Source: Azolla caroliniana
Taxonomy: Eukaryota > Plantae > Polypodiophyta
Length of the DNA: 64,000 nt
NCBI GenBank assembly: GCA_043228905.1
Contig: JBHGNT010000022.1
Location: 2,604,001 to 2,668,000 of the forward strand
Reading direction: 5' to 3'
Made by a program: the position numbers and the translations under genes. Positions 12,833-25,029 of this stretch are shown here, piece after piece. The notes under the pieces are model-generated. The model was given only the letters and a program-made list of their open reading frames with translations, was not told the DNA's origin and did not search any database. Positions within the stretch are counted from its first letter, which is position 1, and each line of letters begins with the position of its first letter.

Positions 12833-13214
12833 TATCAAGACTGAGAGAGAGAAAGAGAGAAAGAGAGATAGAGAGATAATTGAAGAGAATTATTGTATTG
12901 AAGCGTAAAATGGATTACAAAGAGTAGGCTACAAAATGGCGTTGAACCAATTTAGGTTTGGGATGGGTGGTAGATCCCTATTTATAAGTAATAGAGAACA
13001 CTCTAGAATATTCTAGGTTATCCTAGAATGTAGAGTAATATAGAATATTCCTATGATATTAGATTTCATATTCTAGAGACTATACATATAAGAATATTAA
13101 TACAATGGTTAAGGATTTGACATGTGTACAACAAGGTCGTGGGTTTAAATCCTTTCGAGTCATAATGTGAGTGTCATCATCCTTTCGATGCATGATGTGA
13201 GTGTTATCATGACA
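12833..13214 (-). repeat. 3' LTR of G1
   Basis: Direct repeat of 18056-18437; outer TG mutated to TA. Confidence 0.95.
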
Positions 13215-16200
13215 CTATCCCCCTTCGTCGACGACACGTCCCACGGGTCGTAGGGTTTGTATTAGGACCTGGTTTACAAGGATATTGGCGATGAAATGCA
13301 TTGATGAGTTCTGCAACATTGGAAAGATTTGCGGCAGGTTCCCAAGTTCGATCATTGGGGGTATAACCTAGCCAATCGACTAAGTAATACAGCTTGTTGC
13401 GCACGATTTTAGAATCGAGAACGGCAACAACTTCAAATTCAGGCCCGTCCAAGAACTCGACAGGTGGTGGGGGTGTCGTAAGTCGGCCTGGAATTGAACT
13501 TGTAGTATAAGGTTCCAAAAGGGATACATGAAACACCGGATGAAGATGCATGTGCAGAGGGAGGTCAAGACGAAATGCAACATCACTTATCTTACCAGTG
13601 ATCATGTAAGGGCCAAAACGTTGGTAATCCAATTTACTGCAAGGTCGAGTGGTCTTGATGTTGTGTTGGAGAAGCCATACATAATCCCCAATGCGGAACT
13701 TTTTTGAGGAGTCTAGCCGATGACGATCAGCAAGCCTCTTGTGTGTAAATTGAGCATCGTGCAAATTGTGGAGAATGTTAGCTTGAATTTCTTGGAGGCG
13801 ACTAAGACGATCCTCGGGAGCAGGGTTGGTAGGAACTTCTGGATGCGCATTCATCATCCACCGAGGATGACAACCCGTATTTGCGAAAAATGGGGAATAT
13901 CCTGTAGAAGAATGGGCTGAGTTGTTGTAAGCGAATTCCGCCAAGTGCAAAAAAGCAACCCAATCATCTTGTTGATAGTTGATGAAACAACGAAGATATT
14001 GTTCCAATGTCTGGTTGGTACGCTCTGTTTGGCCATTTGTTTCAGGATGATAGCCCGAAGAAAGCTTAACTGAAATGTGAAGAAGTTTGAACATGTGCTT
14101 CCAAAACTTTGAGATGAATTGTGGACCACGATCACTAATAATATCATCCGGCAGACCATGATGCTTAAATACCTCCCGCATAACGAGATCAGCCGCCTCT
14201 TGACTAGTAATCGACTTTGTACATGGCAAGAAATGTGTCATTTTGGTAAATCGATCAACCATTGTGAGAATTGCATCAAAACCTTTTGAAACTGGGAGAT
14301 CAGTAATGAAGTCCAAGGATATAGACTTCCAAGGAGTTTCCGGAATGGGAAGTGGTTGTAGTAAGCCATAGGGTCGGTGACGAGGATTCTTTGATCGACA
14401 ACATATATCACAACTCCGAACATAATCCTCAACAAAATGACGAAGGCGAGGCCACCAATAGTGTCGAGAAATTAATTCTAGAGTCTTGTGAACTCCAAAA
14501 TGACCAGCCATTGGTGAGTCATGGCAATGTTGCAAAACTTGTAGACGTGGGGGACCATCAGGAACATACAATAAATTTTGTCGAAATAGAAAACCACCAT
14601 GCCAATAGAACTGACAAAATTCATTACGAGGATTTTTCGACCGTGAGCAAGAAGCACGATCCGGGACAATATGATCCAAAACATCCTTGGCGAAATCATC
14701 AGTGGCCATATGATCTCGAATGGAATCAAGAAGAGTGGAATTTTCAAGAGTTGTTATGGCGTTAACTACCATTAATCGTAATCGATTAGGACCCAAAAGG
14801 ATTTGTTTTTGATGCTCAAATGCAGGTTCCCCTGGACGAAGTTCCATATAAGAGCGCCGAGAAAGAGCATCTGCTTTGCCTTGCTGCATCCCAGGGCGAT
14901 ATATGATGATAAAATCGAAGTGAGTCAAAAATTGCGCCCACCGGGCTTGTCGCCGACTCAAGACTCGAGCATTTTGGAAATAAGTCAGGTTCTTATGATC
15001 ATTTGACAATGATCTGCTGAGAAGAACCTTCTAGGAAATGTCGCCATTGTTGAAACGAATCCACGATTGCAAGAAGCTCTTTGTCATGGATCTCATAGTT
15101 GATCTCTGCAGCTTCAAACTTTCGTGAATGAAAGGCGACAGGGTGTAGTTGTCCATCATCTCCAGTCTGCGAGAGGACACTCCCTAGTGCAAAATCGGAT
15201 GCATCGGCTTCAAGGATGAAGTGTTTTGTTGGGTCGACATGTGCTAAGATAGGTGCCGTTGTAAATGCTCGTTTTAAGCTTTCAAATGCCTCGGCTGCAT
15301 CTGAACTCCATATAAATGGTCGATCTTTATGTGTGAGCTGAGTAAGCGAAAGCACAACCTTGGAATAATCTTTAATAAATTTTCGATAAAAATTTGCAAA
15401 CCCGAGAAAACATTGCACATCACGCACTGAAAGGGGCGTTTGCCACTCTAAAATTTCTTGTACCTTCATGGGGTCCATAGCAATACCATTTGACGATACA
15501 ACATACCCCAAAAATTCCACTTGATTCTGGCCGAAACTACACTTTTCTAATTTTGCGTAGAGACCATATTCTCGGAGTCGACGCAGTACCTAACAAACAT
15601 GTTCATCATGCTCCTCTTGGGTCTTTGAGTAGTTTAAAATATCATCTAGGTAGACTATAGTGAAGATATCAAGAAAATCTTGAAAAATATCGTTCGCCAT
15701 ATGTTGGAAAACAGCAGGTGCATTCGTGAGACCGAATGGCATCACTGTATACTCAAAATGTCCATAGCGAGTGCGGAAAGTTGTCTTCCATTCATCCCCC
15801 GGGCGAATCCGAACTAGATTATATGCTCCGCGAAGGTCCAACTTCGTGAAATATTTTGCACCACTGAGACGTTCCAAAAGATTCGGGATTAATGGTAGAG
15901 CATATCTATTCCGAATAGTCACTTCGTTTAGCCCTCGATAATCCATGACCAACCGAAGAGTCCCATTCTTCTTCTTAACGAAGAAGATAGGTGCACCAAC
16001 AGGGGATCTAGAATGCTGAATGAATCCGTTTGCCAGATTCTCATCAATATATTCCCGCAAAGTTTCTAGCTCTATAGGGGAGAGATTATAAATTGGGCCC
16101 CGTGGAGGTTCTTTCCCTGGTTGTAAGTCAATAGGGCAGTCGTATGGCCGATGCTCCGGCAATGTATTGGCCTTCACCTTATCAAAGACATCTGAAAACT

Positions 16201-16855
16201 CCTTGTATTTCTCTGGAAGTTTAATATCCGCCTCATGTGAAGTGGATGATGGAGTTGCTATTATTGCGAAGACGAACATGGCCTCGTTCCCCCCTTCCTC
16301 TCGCAACAGTCGTAAAGAGATGGGCGATAACTCTGAGGATCTATTATCACATGTAGGAGAGAGGGATGCAGGGTTTGTGCTTTTTTCCCGGGTCTCCTCA
16401 ATTGTTCTTTTCATCCGATCAATCTTCGGGTTATGGAATTCAAACCAGGGGAGACCTAGAACTATTGGGTGTTACGGACTACGAATAATGTTGAAAGAGA
16501 TTATGCTTGCCAAATTGCCAAGAACTATCCTAATTGGGTCAGACTCCTCGACTATATCTCCTGATGCTATGGGACGTCCATCAATGACTCCTACGGCTAC
16601 TCGGCTGGGAAGCTTATTCAAGAGGATGTTTTGTGACAAGGCAAATTCACGATCCATGAAACAAGAGTTGGCTCCAGAATCTAGAAGGGCAGAGGCTAGG
16701 ACTCGATGACATGTAGATGTGGTAAGCTCGACTTGTGCTGAAAAAACTTGACTCACTTGATTTGATGAAATGGAACCACAACTAGGAACTAACTCTACAT
16801 AGCTAGGATGGTCCAGCCAAATGGCTCCTATTTTGGCCGGACTTACTCGTTTAAC
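13207..16855 (-). pseudogene. G1 pol (PR LLDSGA, RT YLDD, RNase H, integrase, chromodomain), disrupted
   Basis: ORFs 16472-16756, 15590-16414, 14999-15520 and 13207-15009. Two premature stops and a frameshift near 15000. Chromodomain EFEVVAVLDSK..YYLVDWLGYTPNDRTWEP. Confidence 0.93.
16811..16855 (-). promoter_or_regulatory. Putative -1 ribosomal frameshift signal of G1
   Basis: G_TTA_AAC in the gag frame, 6-nt spacer, 11-bp stem gtccggccaaa/tttggctggac; pol is open in the -1 frame. Confidence 0.8.
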
Positions 16856-17967
16856 ACATCCTCTAATTGACTCAAGACATTGAATCTATTCTCATGGCAT
16901 GGACTATGAGGCTTATTTATGTTATTAGAAGTAACAATAGAACTCGATGTAGGGTTTTCATGGGCACTTACTTGGTATACTTGACGCCTAGGTTTATGTG
17001 GACAATTTACAGCTATATGTCCTGGACCACCACAATACAAGCAGAGGCGATGCGCTCGACGTCGTTGCTTCTCAGCATCTGATAACAACCCACGACGTTG
17101 TGTTGACTCTATTTCCATCGGAGTGGGGCCATCCCTTGTAATGGGTCTAGAAACTTGTGGAGGCGTTGCGACTACGGAAGCGTAAGTTTGCTCAGGTTGG
17201 CGGCGTAACATTTGTTGGCGCTCAGAACGTCGCTCAAATAGGCGATTATCACATCGCACAACTCGACTAATAACTTCTGTAAGTGACTGCGGATCTTCAG
17301 GGAAAGTAAGAAGAAGATCTTTGACATCGTTTCTCAAACCTTGACGGAATTGATCCATTAAAGTTGCCTCATCCCAAGGGATATCGCATGCCAAGAGACG
17401 GAAATCGGCTGCATAAGATGACGCGGGACGATCTCCTTGTCGGAGCCTTCGAATCTTGTTTATTGCTGTCCTAGTGCTGTCGGTGTCTCCGAAACTAGCT
17501 TGAAACTCTTTAACAAATGCCTCGAAATCCTCCAGCAATGGTGATTTCTTCTCGAGAAGTGGTGCGAACCATGCTAACACTGTACCGCATAGCAAAGTTC
17601 CCACTAATCCCACACGAGTAGCATCAGTTGGATACCGATTGGGATGTAGCTGAATAACTAGACGAACTTGATTCAAAAAGCCTCGAAATAAAGACCTCGT
17701 ACCATCAAACTTGGCAGGGAGGCTGATCTTTGGCTCTCTAGGGGAGTTCTGAGCCCCCGACGCTTGCTCACGTAATGACAATATAGTCGCCTCGAGTTGA
17801 TGAACCCGCTGTGATAACTCTTCATATTGTTGAGCTTTTTCGGCGCTCACGTGTTGTAGATCTCCAAGTAGCCTTTGATTCTCATGCTCTAATGCCACAA
17901 ATTTATTCATGAGCATGTCGAGCTCAGAAAGAACACGCATGTATTCTTGTTTGCTCACGGACTCCAT
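16843..17967 (-). CDS. G1 Gag (374 aa; coiled coil, capsid, CCHC zinc knuckle)
   Basis: Uninterrupted ORF with PAKFDG, LRQG..SYAADF, PTPMEI and CLYCGGPGHIAVNC; PEG10/sushi-type gag. Confidence 0.92.
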   Translation of the reverse strand: MESVSKQEYMRVLSELDMLMNKFVALEHENQRLLGDLQHVSAEKAQQYEELSQRVHQLEATILSLREQASGAQNSPREPKISLPAKFDGTRSLFRGFLNQVRLVIQLHPNRYPTDATRVGLVGTLLCGTVLAWFAPLLEKKSPLLEDFEAFVKEFQASFGDTDSTRTAINKIRRLRQGDRPASSYAADFRLLACDIPWDEATLMDQFRQGLRNDVKDLLLTFPEDPQSLTEVISRVVRCDNRLFERRSERQQMLRRQPEQTYASVVATPPQVSRPITRDGPTPMEIESTQRRGLLSDAEKQRRRAHRLCLYCGGPGHIAVNCPHKPRRQVYQVSAHENPTSSSIVTSNNINKPHSPCHENRFNVLSQLEDVLNE

Positions 17968-18041
17968 AGCTTACGAGAGGAGAGGAGAAGGAAGAAGAGA
18001 ACTTGTTAGGATTTGTGGAAGACGAAGAGATGAAAGGAAAA

Positions 18042-18053
18042 AAATTGGTTCAA
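18042..18053 (-). promoter_or_regulatory. Non-tRNA (self-priming) primer-binding site of G1
   Basis: Sense TTGAACCAATTT is the exact 12-nt complement of LTR 18176-18165. No TGG tRNA-type PBS is present. Confidence 0.75.
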
Positions 18054-18055
18054 AC

Positions 18056-18437
18056 TGTCAAGACTGAGAGAGAGAAAGAGAGAAAGAGAGATAGAGAGAT
18101 AATTGAAGAGAATTATTGTATTGAAGCGTAAAATGGATTACAAAGAGTAGGCTACAAAATGGCGTTGAACCAATTTAGGTTTGGGATGGGTGGTAGATCC
18201 CTATTTATAAGTAATAGAGAACACTCTAGAATATTCTAGGTTATCCTAGAATGTAGAGTAATATAGAATATTCCTATGATATTAGATTTCATATTCTAGA
18301 GACTATACATATAAGAATATTAATACAATGCTTAAGGATTTGACATGTGTACAACAAGGTCGTGGGTTCAAATCCTTTCGAGTCATAATGTGAGTGTCAT
18401 CATCCTTTCGATGCATGATGTGAGTGTTATCATGACA
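18056..18437 (-). repeat. 5' LTR of G1
   Basis: TG..CA; TATAAATA on the minus strand at 18209-18202. Confidence 0.95.
18321..18375 (+). promoter_or_regulatory. tRNA-like A-box/B-box module in the G1 LTR (second copy 13098-13152)
   Basis: TAATACAATG(G/C)TTAAG ... AGGTCGTGGGTT(C/T)AAATCC, with tRNA-like spacing. Confidence 0.65.
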
Positions 18438-20953
18438 GATGTTATGCAGAACCTCTTACTGTTGTGTACCTTGCCAAACAACTGGGAGAACCTGGTGGTG
18501 ACTCTCAACACCTCGTGGCAAGAAGAGAACTTGTCTCTACAAGTGGTAAAGACAAGTATCCTAAACAAGGAGATGAGAAGGATGGAAAAGGGTGTCCTGT
18601 CCCAGTCGGAGGCGAATGTGACACAATATTCAGGCAAAGGAAGGAACAAGCAAAGAAGTCCACAGAGAAGAGACAAGTCTCATGCCAGATCCAAGTTCAG
18701 GGGTAAGCTTACATGATTCTATTGTGGAAAACCTGGACACTTCCAGAAGGACTGGGGCACCTTAAGAAGGACAAAGGTGTCTCCAATGATGTCAAACCCA
18801 GAAACATTTCTGATGAAAAGGGCACTTTAGCCATAACTACGAGCGAAGAAGAACTTTTGTTCATTTGTGAATTGGCAAGTGCAAATCTTACAAAGGAGGA
18901 GTGCACTTTGGTGATCAGCTCAAGTGCATCATTCCATATAACTCCCTCAAGAGAGTGTTTCTCGATTTACACAGCTAGAGACCATGGATATGTGAAAATA
19001 GGAGATAATGGAGAGTGCAAGATAGCCAACATTGACTTGTTGTTGGTTGATTTTGAGGGATGTTTGACACATGTCGAATATTAGGCTGAATCTGATATCG
19101 ATTGGAAGAATGAATGATGAAAGCTACAACGGTAGTTTTCGAAACGACAAATGGAAGTTTTGTCAGGGAAATCTCATAGTTGCTCAAGCATAGAAAGAAG
19201 GTAGTTTGTAGATTATGCATGCCAAGCTATGCAATGATGAAGCAAACATGGTAGCCGACTCGAATGGAGAGATATGGCACAAGAGGCTTGGCCAAATGAG
19301 AGAGAAGGACATGCATATCCTAGAGGACCAGAAAATTCTCCCAAAAGTAAAATGAGTGCACTTGGAGCGATGTGTCGACTGCCTAGTTGGAAACCAGAAC
19401 AAAGTTGCATTCCACTCAAGACCACCAAAGAAGAGAGAATGTGCACTAGAACTTGTCCACACGGATGTGTGCTACATGGATGCTCCATCGCATCATGGTG
19501 GAAAATACTTTGTGGCATTCATCAACAACTATAGTAGAAAGTTGTGGGCTTTCGTGCTAAAGTTGAAGAATCAGGTGTTGTCGGTCTTGAAAGATTTTCA
19601 GGCCAAAGCTAAAAGGGAGTCTGGTCAAAAGTTGACGGTTGTCCAGACCGACAACGGTGGTGAGTACGAAGGACAGTTTGAAGGATACTACAAGTCCCAA
19701 GGTATTTGAGTCGAATGCACAGTACCTAAATACCCTGAGCTAAATCGTCTTGCAGAGAGGATGAATCGGACGATAATGGAGAGAGTGAGAAGCATGTTGT
19801 CACATGCAAAGCTATAGAAATTGTATTGGGCTGAGGCAATGTATACTATTGTTTATCTAATCAATAGGTCTCCCTCAGTGCCATTGAAATGTGATGTTCC
19901 ATAGAGGGTTCGGGCAGGTAAGGATGTCTCCGACCAACACCATAGGGTGTTCAGATGCTTAGTGTATATGCATGTAGCAAAGGATAAGAGGTCGAAGCTC
20001 GACAACAAGTCGAAACCATGTATATTCCCAGGGTATTCGGAGGATGAATTTGCCTAGAGGCTATGCGACCTTCTCGATAAGAAGGTTGTGAGGAGTCGAG
20101 ACATAGTGTTTATGGAATACAAGAAAATCGAAAACTAAAAAGAATAGCAGTCGGGGTCGTCTTCTCGGCCGACTCCGAACACAGGACTAGTCAACTCGAT
20201 ACAGTCGATTGCTAGAAGATAGCCATTTGGAACAACCGAATACGAGTTGGTTGGCTCGGAGAAACTAACAAACACATATGAGTTGGAGTCGGAGTTGGCT
20301 AACTTACTCAAGTTGATTGAGGATTACGAGTCGTTGGATTCAGTTGACTTTCAACAATTGATAGAGGCAAATGAACCCGAACCGAATGAAGAGTCGACAG
20401 AGACATCCGAATCTGAGTTGACTATGGGAGGAAGGAGATATCCACTTAGAGAGAGGACAACACCCACCTGATATGCCACTTAATATGTCCTCTTGACTAA
20501 TGAACCCGAGCTAGAATGCTATAATGAAGCCATAGTCGATGCCCAGGCACAAAGAGAAATGGAAGAGTACAATGCAAGACAAGATGGACTCCTTGCATGA
20601 AAATTACACCTATGACCTGGTTGCAATTGCCAAAAGGGAAGAGATCACTCAGAAACAAATGGGTCTACAAGGTAAAAACTGGAGAAGTTGACAATTCACC
20701 CAGATATAAAACCCACATTGTGGTGAAGGAATTTCAACAGGAAAAGGGTCTTGACTTTGACAAGATATTCGCTCCCGTCGTAAAGATGACATCTATCCAA
20801 ACTATTCTAAGCCTAGTTGCCAGTATGTATATGGAGATTGAACAGTTGGATGTCAAGACAACATTCTTGTCGGAGACAAGGCCGTGTCGATGCGGAAGAT
20901 CAAGAAGCATTCGATTCTGTTCTGTACCTGCGTATGACAGTTTCTAGGTCGTT

Positions 20954-20987
<34 letters not shown>

Positions 20988-21349
20988 ACAAAAGACTTTC
21001 TATTCAATAGAAACAATAATACAACACCCAACCTTACAAAGAGGTTATAAGGTCACTATATATAGTGACCGACTTAGGGCAACTCCCATTTATGCTAATT
21101 ACACAAATGGCCCAAAGGGATAGTGTGAATACGTCCATTATACACTTGTATTCGACACTCCCCCGTAATGGGCGTATACATGGGTTATCTAAGATTACAG
21201 GTATAAACTTAGGTTCTCGGACATATCAGTTTTGTTCGAGTCGGCAGGGTCCGAGGCAGAAGACCGAACTGGTCGGGTCGGAAGAGTTGAAGCCGATCAT
21301 TAAGGAACTGATGTCGGTTGTCGGAAACCATCCTGCGCTGTGTCCGGCT

Positions 21350-24211
21350 CTAACCGGACTGGTTTGTCGTTACGCCCATCTGATGCCGAAGAGACCGAAA
21401 GCGGTCTGCCGAAAGACACTTGGTCATTCCATCTGCGACATTGTCGGTTGTGGATATTTTCTTTAGACCGATTTTCCCTAAAATGACGCAGTCCCGAACG
21501 AAGTGATATCGAACGTCGATATGTTTGGAGGCGTTGTGGTGAACCGGATTTCTCGACAAGGCAACAGCACCTTGACTGTCGCTATAGACAACTGGAGTCG
21601 AGTCGTGGTCGACTTGCCGAAACGTGTGCGCCAGCCGGCCGAGCCACAAAGCTTCTTTTGCTGCGTCGGACGCAGCTACATATTCTGCTTCAGTCGTTGA
21701 GGTCGCTGTGCACTCCTGAAGTTTCGACTTCCACGAGATTGCTCCATTGCCGAATTTGAAGCAGTATCCGGTTGTTGATTTCCGACTGTCTATACAGCCG
21801 GCGAAGTCCGAGTCGGTGTAACCGACTACGCCTGAGGTTCGGTTCGGACCGAAAAGAATGCCGTGGTCTTTTGTGCCAGCCAGATATCTGAACACATGCT
21901 TGACTGCGTTCCAATGCGATCGGCCGGGATTGTGCATAAATCTGCTAACGACTCCTACGGCATGAGAAATATCAGGCCGTGTCGCGACCATCAGGTACAT
22001 AAGGGAGCCGACTGCCGGTGCATACGGTACCGACTTCATATCTTCCCCCTCCGGACCGGATGTCGGGCAGTCTCGCTGAGAGAGCCGAAGATTCATGGGG
22101 AGCGGGGTTGAAGCAGATTTGGCTGATTGCATGTTGAAGCGTTCCAAGACACGTCGGATATAGTCGGTCTGAGACAAAAAAAGATGTCGTTTATCGCGAT
22201 GCCGACTAATCTTCATGCCGAGTATGTGTCGTGCCGGACCGAGGTCCTTCATGGCAAACTTCAACCGCAGTTGCCGAATGAGATCGGCAAGTTCGCCCGC
22301 GTGGCGTCCAGAAATTAGCATGTCGTCCACGTAAATGATGAGGAAGATGGGTGATCCATCTTGAGCTGTGTTGGTGAAGAGACAATGGTCCTCATCGCTT
22401 TTTGAGAAGCCGATCGATTGGATGAAGTCGTCGAACTTCTTGTACCATTGTCGCGGTGCCTGTTTGAGGCCGTATAGACTCTTCCTGAGTCGGGAGACTA
22501 GATGTTCTTGGCCAGTCGCCACGAAACCTTTTGGCTGCTCCATATAAATTTCCTCGTCAAGATCACCATGGAGGAAGGCTGTTTTGACATCTAGCTGAAT
22601 CAGCTCCAAGTTGTCGGCTGCCACTACGTCGAGTAGGAAGCGAAGGGTTGTCATTTTCACCACTGGTGAAAAAATCTCGTCGAAGTCGACGCCATATTCT
22701 TGTCGGAAGCCCTTCGCAACTAATCTGGCCTTGTACTTTGGGGTGGTCGAATCAGACGTCTCTTTTAGTCGATAAACCCACTTGCAAGGAAGAGCACGTC
22801 GGTTCCTAGGTAATTCGACCAGATCCCAAGTCTTGTTTGCCCGAATGGAGTGCATTTCCGACTCCATCGCCAGATGCCAGGTGGCTGAATCGACAGATGT
22901 CGATGCTTCTTCGTAAGACGTCGGTTCGCCGGCGTCGGTGAAGAAAATTCCAGGAGAATACCTCTCCAGAGGTTGCGACAGTCTCTCGGATCGTCGAGGT
23001 ATGTTTGGACTGGTCGCATCGGGTATCGAGTTCGGATGGTCCGAAAGCGAGTCATTCGGTTGTGCCGAGTCGGAGTTGTCCGAGTCGGTAGTGCAAGGTT
23101 CAGCTACCCGTGAAGCTGACCGTGTGTTAAGAGCGGGGCCTTCTTGAAGGGTCGGCACATCGGAAAATGTTACCCTTCGGACTTCGATCGGTTTTTCGAC
23201 TGATGGATTCATAGCCGACTCGTTGAACACAACGTCCGAACTTCGAACGATTTGTCTCCGTTCGGGGTCCCAGAGTCGGTATCCCATTTCGCCGTCTGAT
23301 CCATATCCAAGGAAAATGCATTTCCTGGACCGAGGTGCAAGTTTTCGGCGATCATCTTTCGGAATAAGGGCGTACGCCTCGCATCCGAAGATCCTCAGCT
23401 TGTCGTAATTCGGCTTACTGCCGATCCATAGTTCCTGAGGAATTTGAAGTCCTAGAGGTCTACTTGGCGACATATTGATTATGTGTACTGCCGTGAGTAG
23501 AGCCTCTGCCCAGAAGCCATCCGACAGTCCGGAGTGTTGGAGCATGGAAACTATCCGTTCTTGGATTGTCCGATTCATGCGTTCGGCAATCCCGTTTTGC
23601 TCCGGACTGTGTGGTGCCGTAAATTCACGTCGGATGCCGCGTTGTCGGCAGAATTTGACAAATTCTTCGGATTTGAACTCTCCCCCATTGTCTGTCCGAA
23701 AGCATTTCAGCTTTCGGTCGGTTTGATTTTCTACCATAGCGAGCCAATCGGTGAAGATCGAGAAGACACGATCTTTGGTGCGAATTGGATAAGCCCACAC
23801 CTTTCGAGTCGAATCGTCAATAAAACTGACGAAGTAAGAGGCACCGCCGAGAGACTGATGCGGCATTGGGCCACAGACGTCCGAGTGGACTAAATCGAGA
23901 GGTCTCGTTTCTCTTGGTGCTGATGTCGGGTGTGATGCGGCTGTTTGTTTGCCATACTGGCAATGCTCGCAGAATTGATGGTCGGAGAAGGAGAGTTTGG
24001 GGATGTATCCGGCTCTAGATAGATGCGTAATGCCGGCCTTGCTGAGGTGTCCTAATCTTCTGTGCCATAGTGATGACACAGGAATATCCACCAAAAACAG
24101 GTTACCCTCTCTGAGCGTAACATGTAACGGATACAGTGAGTGTATCTTGGGTCCTCTAGCAAGCAGGAGGTTCCCCCTGTGGAGTGTCCACCCTCCCGAA
24201 GAGAAACCGGC
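21350..24211 (-). pseudogene. Copia E pol 3' part (GAG-pre-integrase, INT, RT, RH)
   Basis: Open frame with LWHRRLGH, LVHSDVCGP, YVDDML and SKHIDVRYH. Separated from gag by D1. Confidence 0.93.
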
Positions 24212-24248
24212 ACGAATGTTGGGATTACGGTCCCTCCGGATGGGATGT

Positions 24249-24472
24249 CCGGATGATGAAGAGTACCCGGCATGAAGCCGGATGACGAGTACCCGGATGC
24301 GGATCCGGATGATGAAGAGTACCCGGCATGAAGCCGGATGACGAGTACCCGGATGCGGATCCGGATGATGAAGAGTACCCGGCATGAAGCCGGATGACGA
24401 GTACCCGGATGCGGATCCGGATGATGAAGAGTACCCGGCATGAAGCCGGATGACGAGTACCCGGATGCGGAT
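24249..24472 (+). repeat. 4 x 56-bp perfect tandem repeat in D1 U3 (same array at 29145-29368)
   Basis: Unit ccggatgatgaagagtacccggcatgaagccggatgacgagtacccggatgcggat at 24249, 24305, 24361 and 24417, followed by ~28-bp variants. Confidence 0.95.
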
Positions 24473-25029
24473 CCGGATGATGAAGAGCCTGGCTACGGAG
24501 CCGGATGATGAAGACCCCGGCTACGGAGCCGGATGATGAATGTACCCGGAGAGAGATCCGGATGCGGGGACATATTTGTGAATATGTTTGCCAAGAGCCC
24601 TTGAGGCTATATTTGTAAATAGCCCGAAAGTCATATGTGTATAAATATGACTTAGGGCAAACAGTTAAATGATGTTGTTGCTCATTTTTCATGCGAAGTG
24701 AGAGCAGCCGAGAGAGAGAGAGAGACGAAGAGGTCGCTGCCTCTGTGTATTACCGCCGCCTGTGGCGAAGACAGTGAGCTCAAGGTTGTTGCCTTGTAGC
24801 TTCACCAGTGTACATCCCTGTTCATAGTGATAGTTGGAGTTTGAGGACTCCCGTGGTTTTTTCCCATTTAGGGTTTTCCACGTTAATCCCTGTGTCATCG
24901 TGTCTTTCTCTGTGTTTCCTATTTTCTGCTCCTTTGATTCGCAATTACTCGGTTGTGGCCGGGGGAAGAAGGTGAATCGGGGTGGTCGATTCTCTACAAA
25001 CTGGTATCAGAGCGACGGTAACACAGAAA

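Larger units (their letters stand above)
12833..18437 (-). mobile_element. Ty3/gypsy chromovirus G1 (Tcn1/Tf1-sushi-like), full length
   Basis: 382-bp LTRs at 12833-13214 and 18056-18437 (3 mismatches). TSD GATGT at 12828-12832 and 18438-18442. PPT 13215-13225. Order gag-PR-RT-RH-INT-chromodomain. Confidence 0.97.

Noticed and set aside
24249-24472. CRISPR-like regular repeat
   Set aside because: Head-to-tail identical units with no unique spacers, inside an LTR of a eukaryotic genome.
24052-24692. Repetitive ORFs (MPGTLHHPDPHPGTRHP...) and the apparent N-terminus of the 1011-aa ORF
   Set aside because: They are translations of the 56-bp U3 array of D1. The fusion to E pol results from the insertion.
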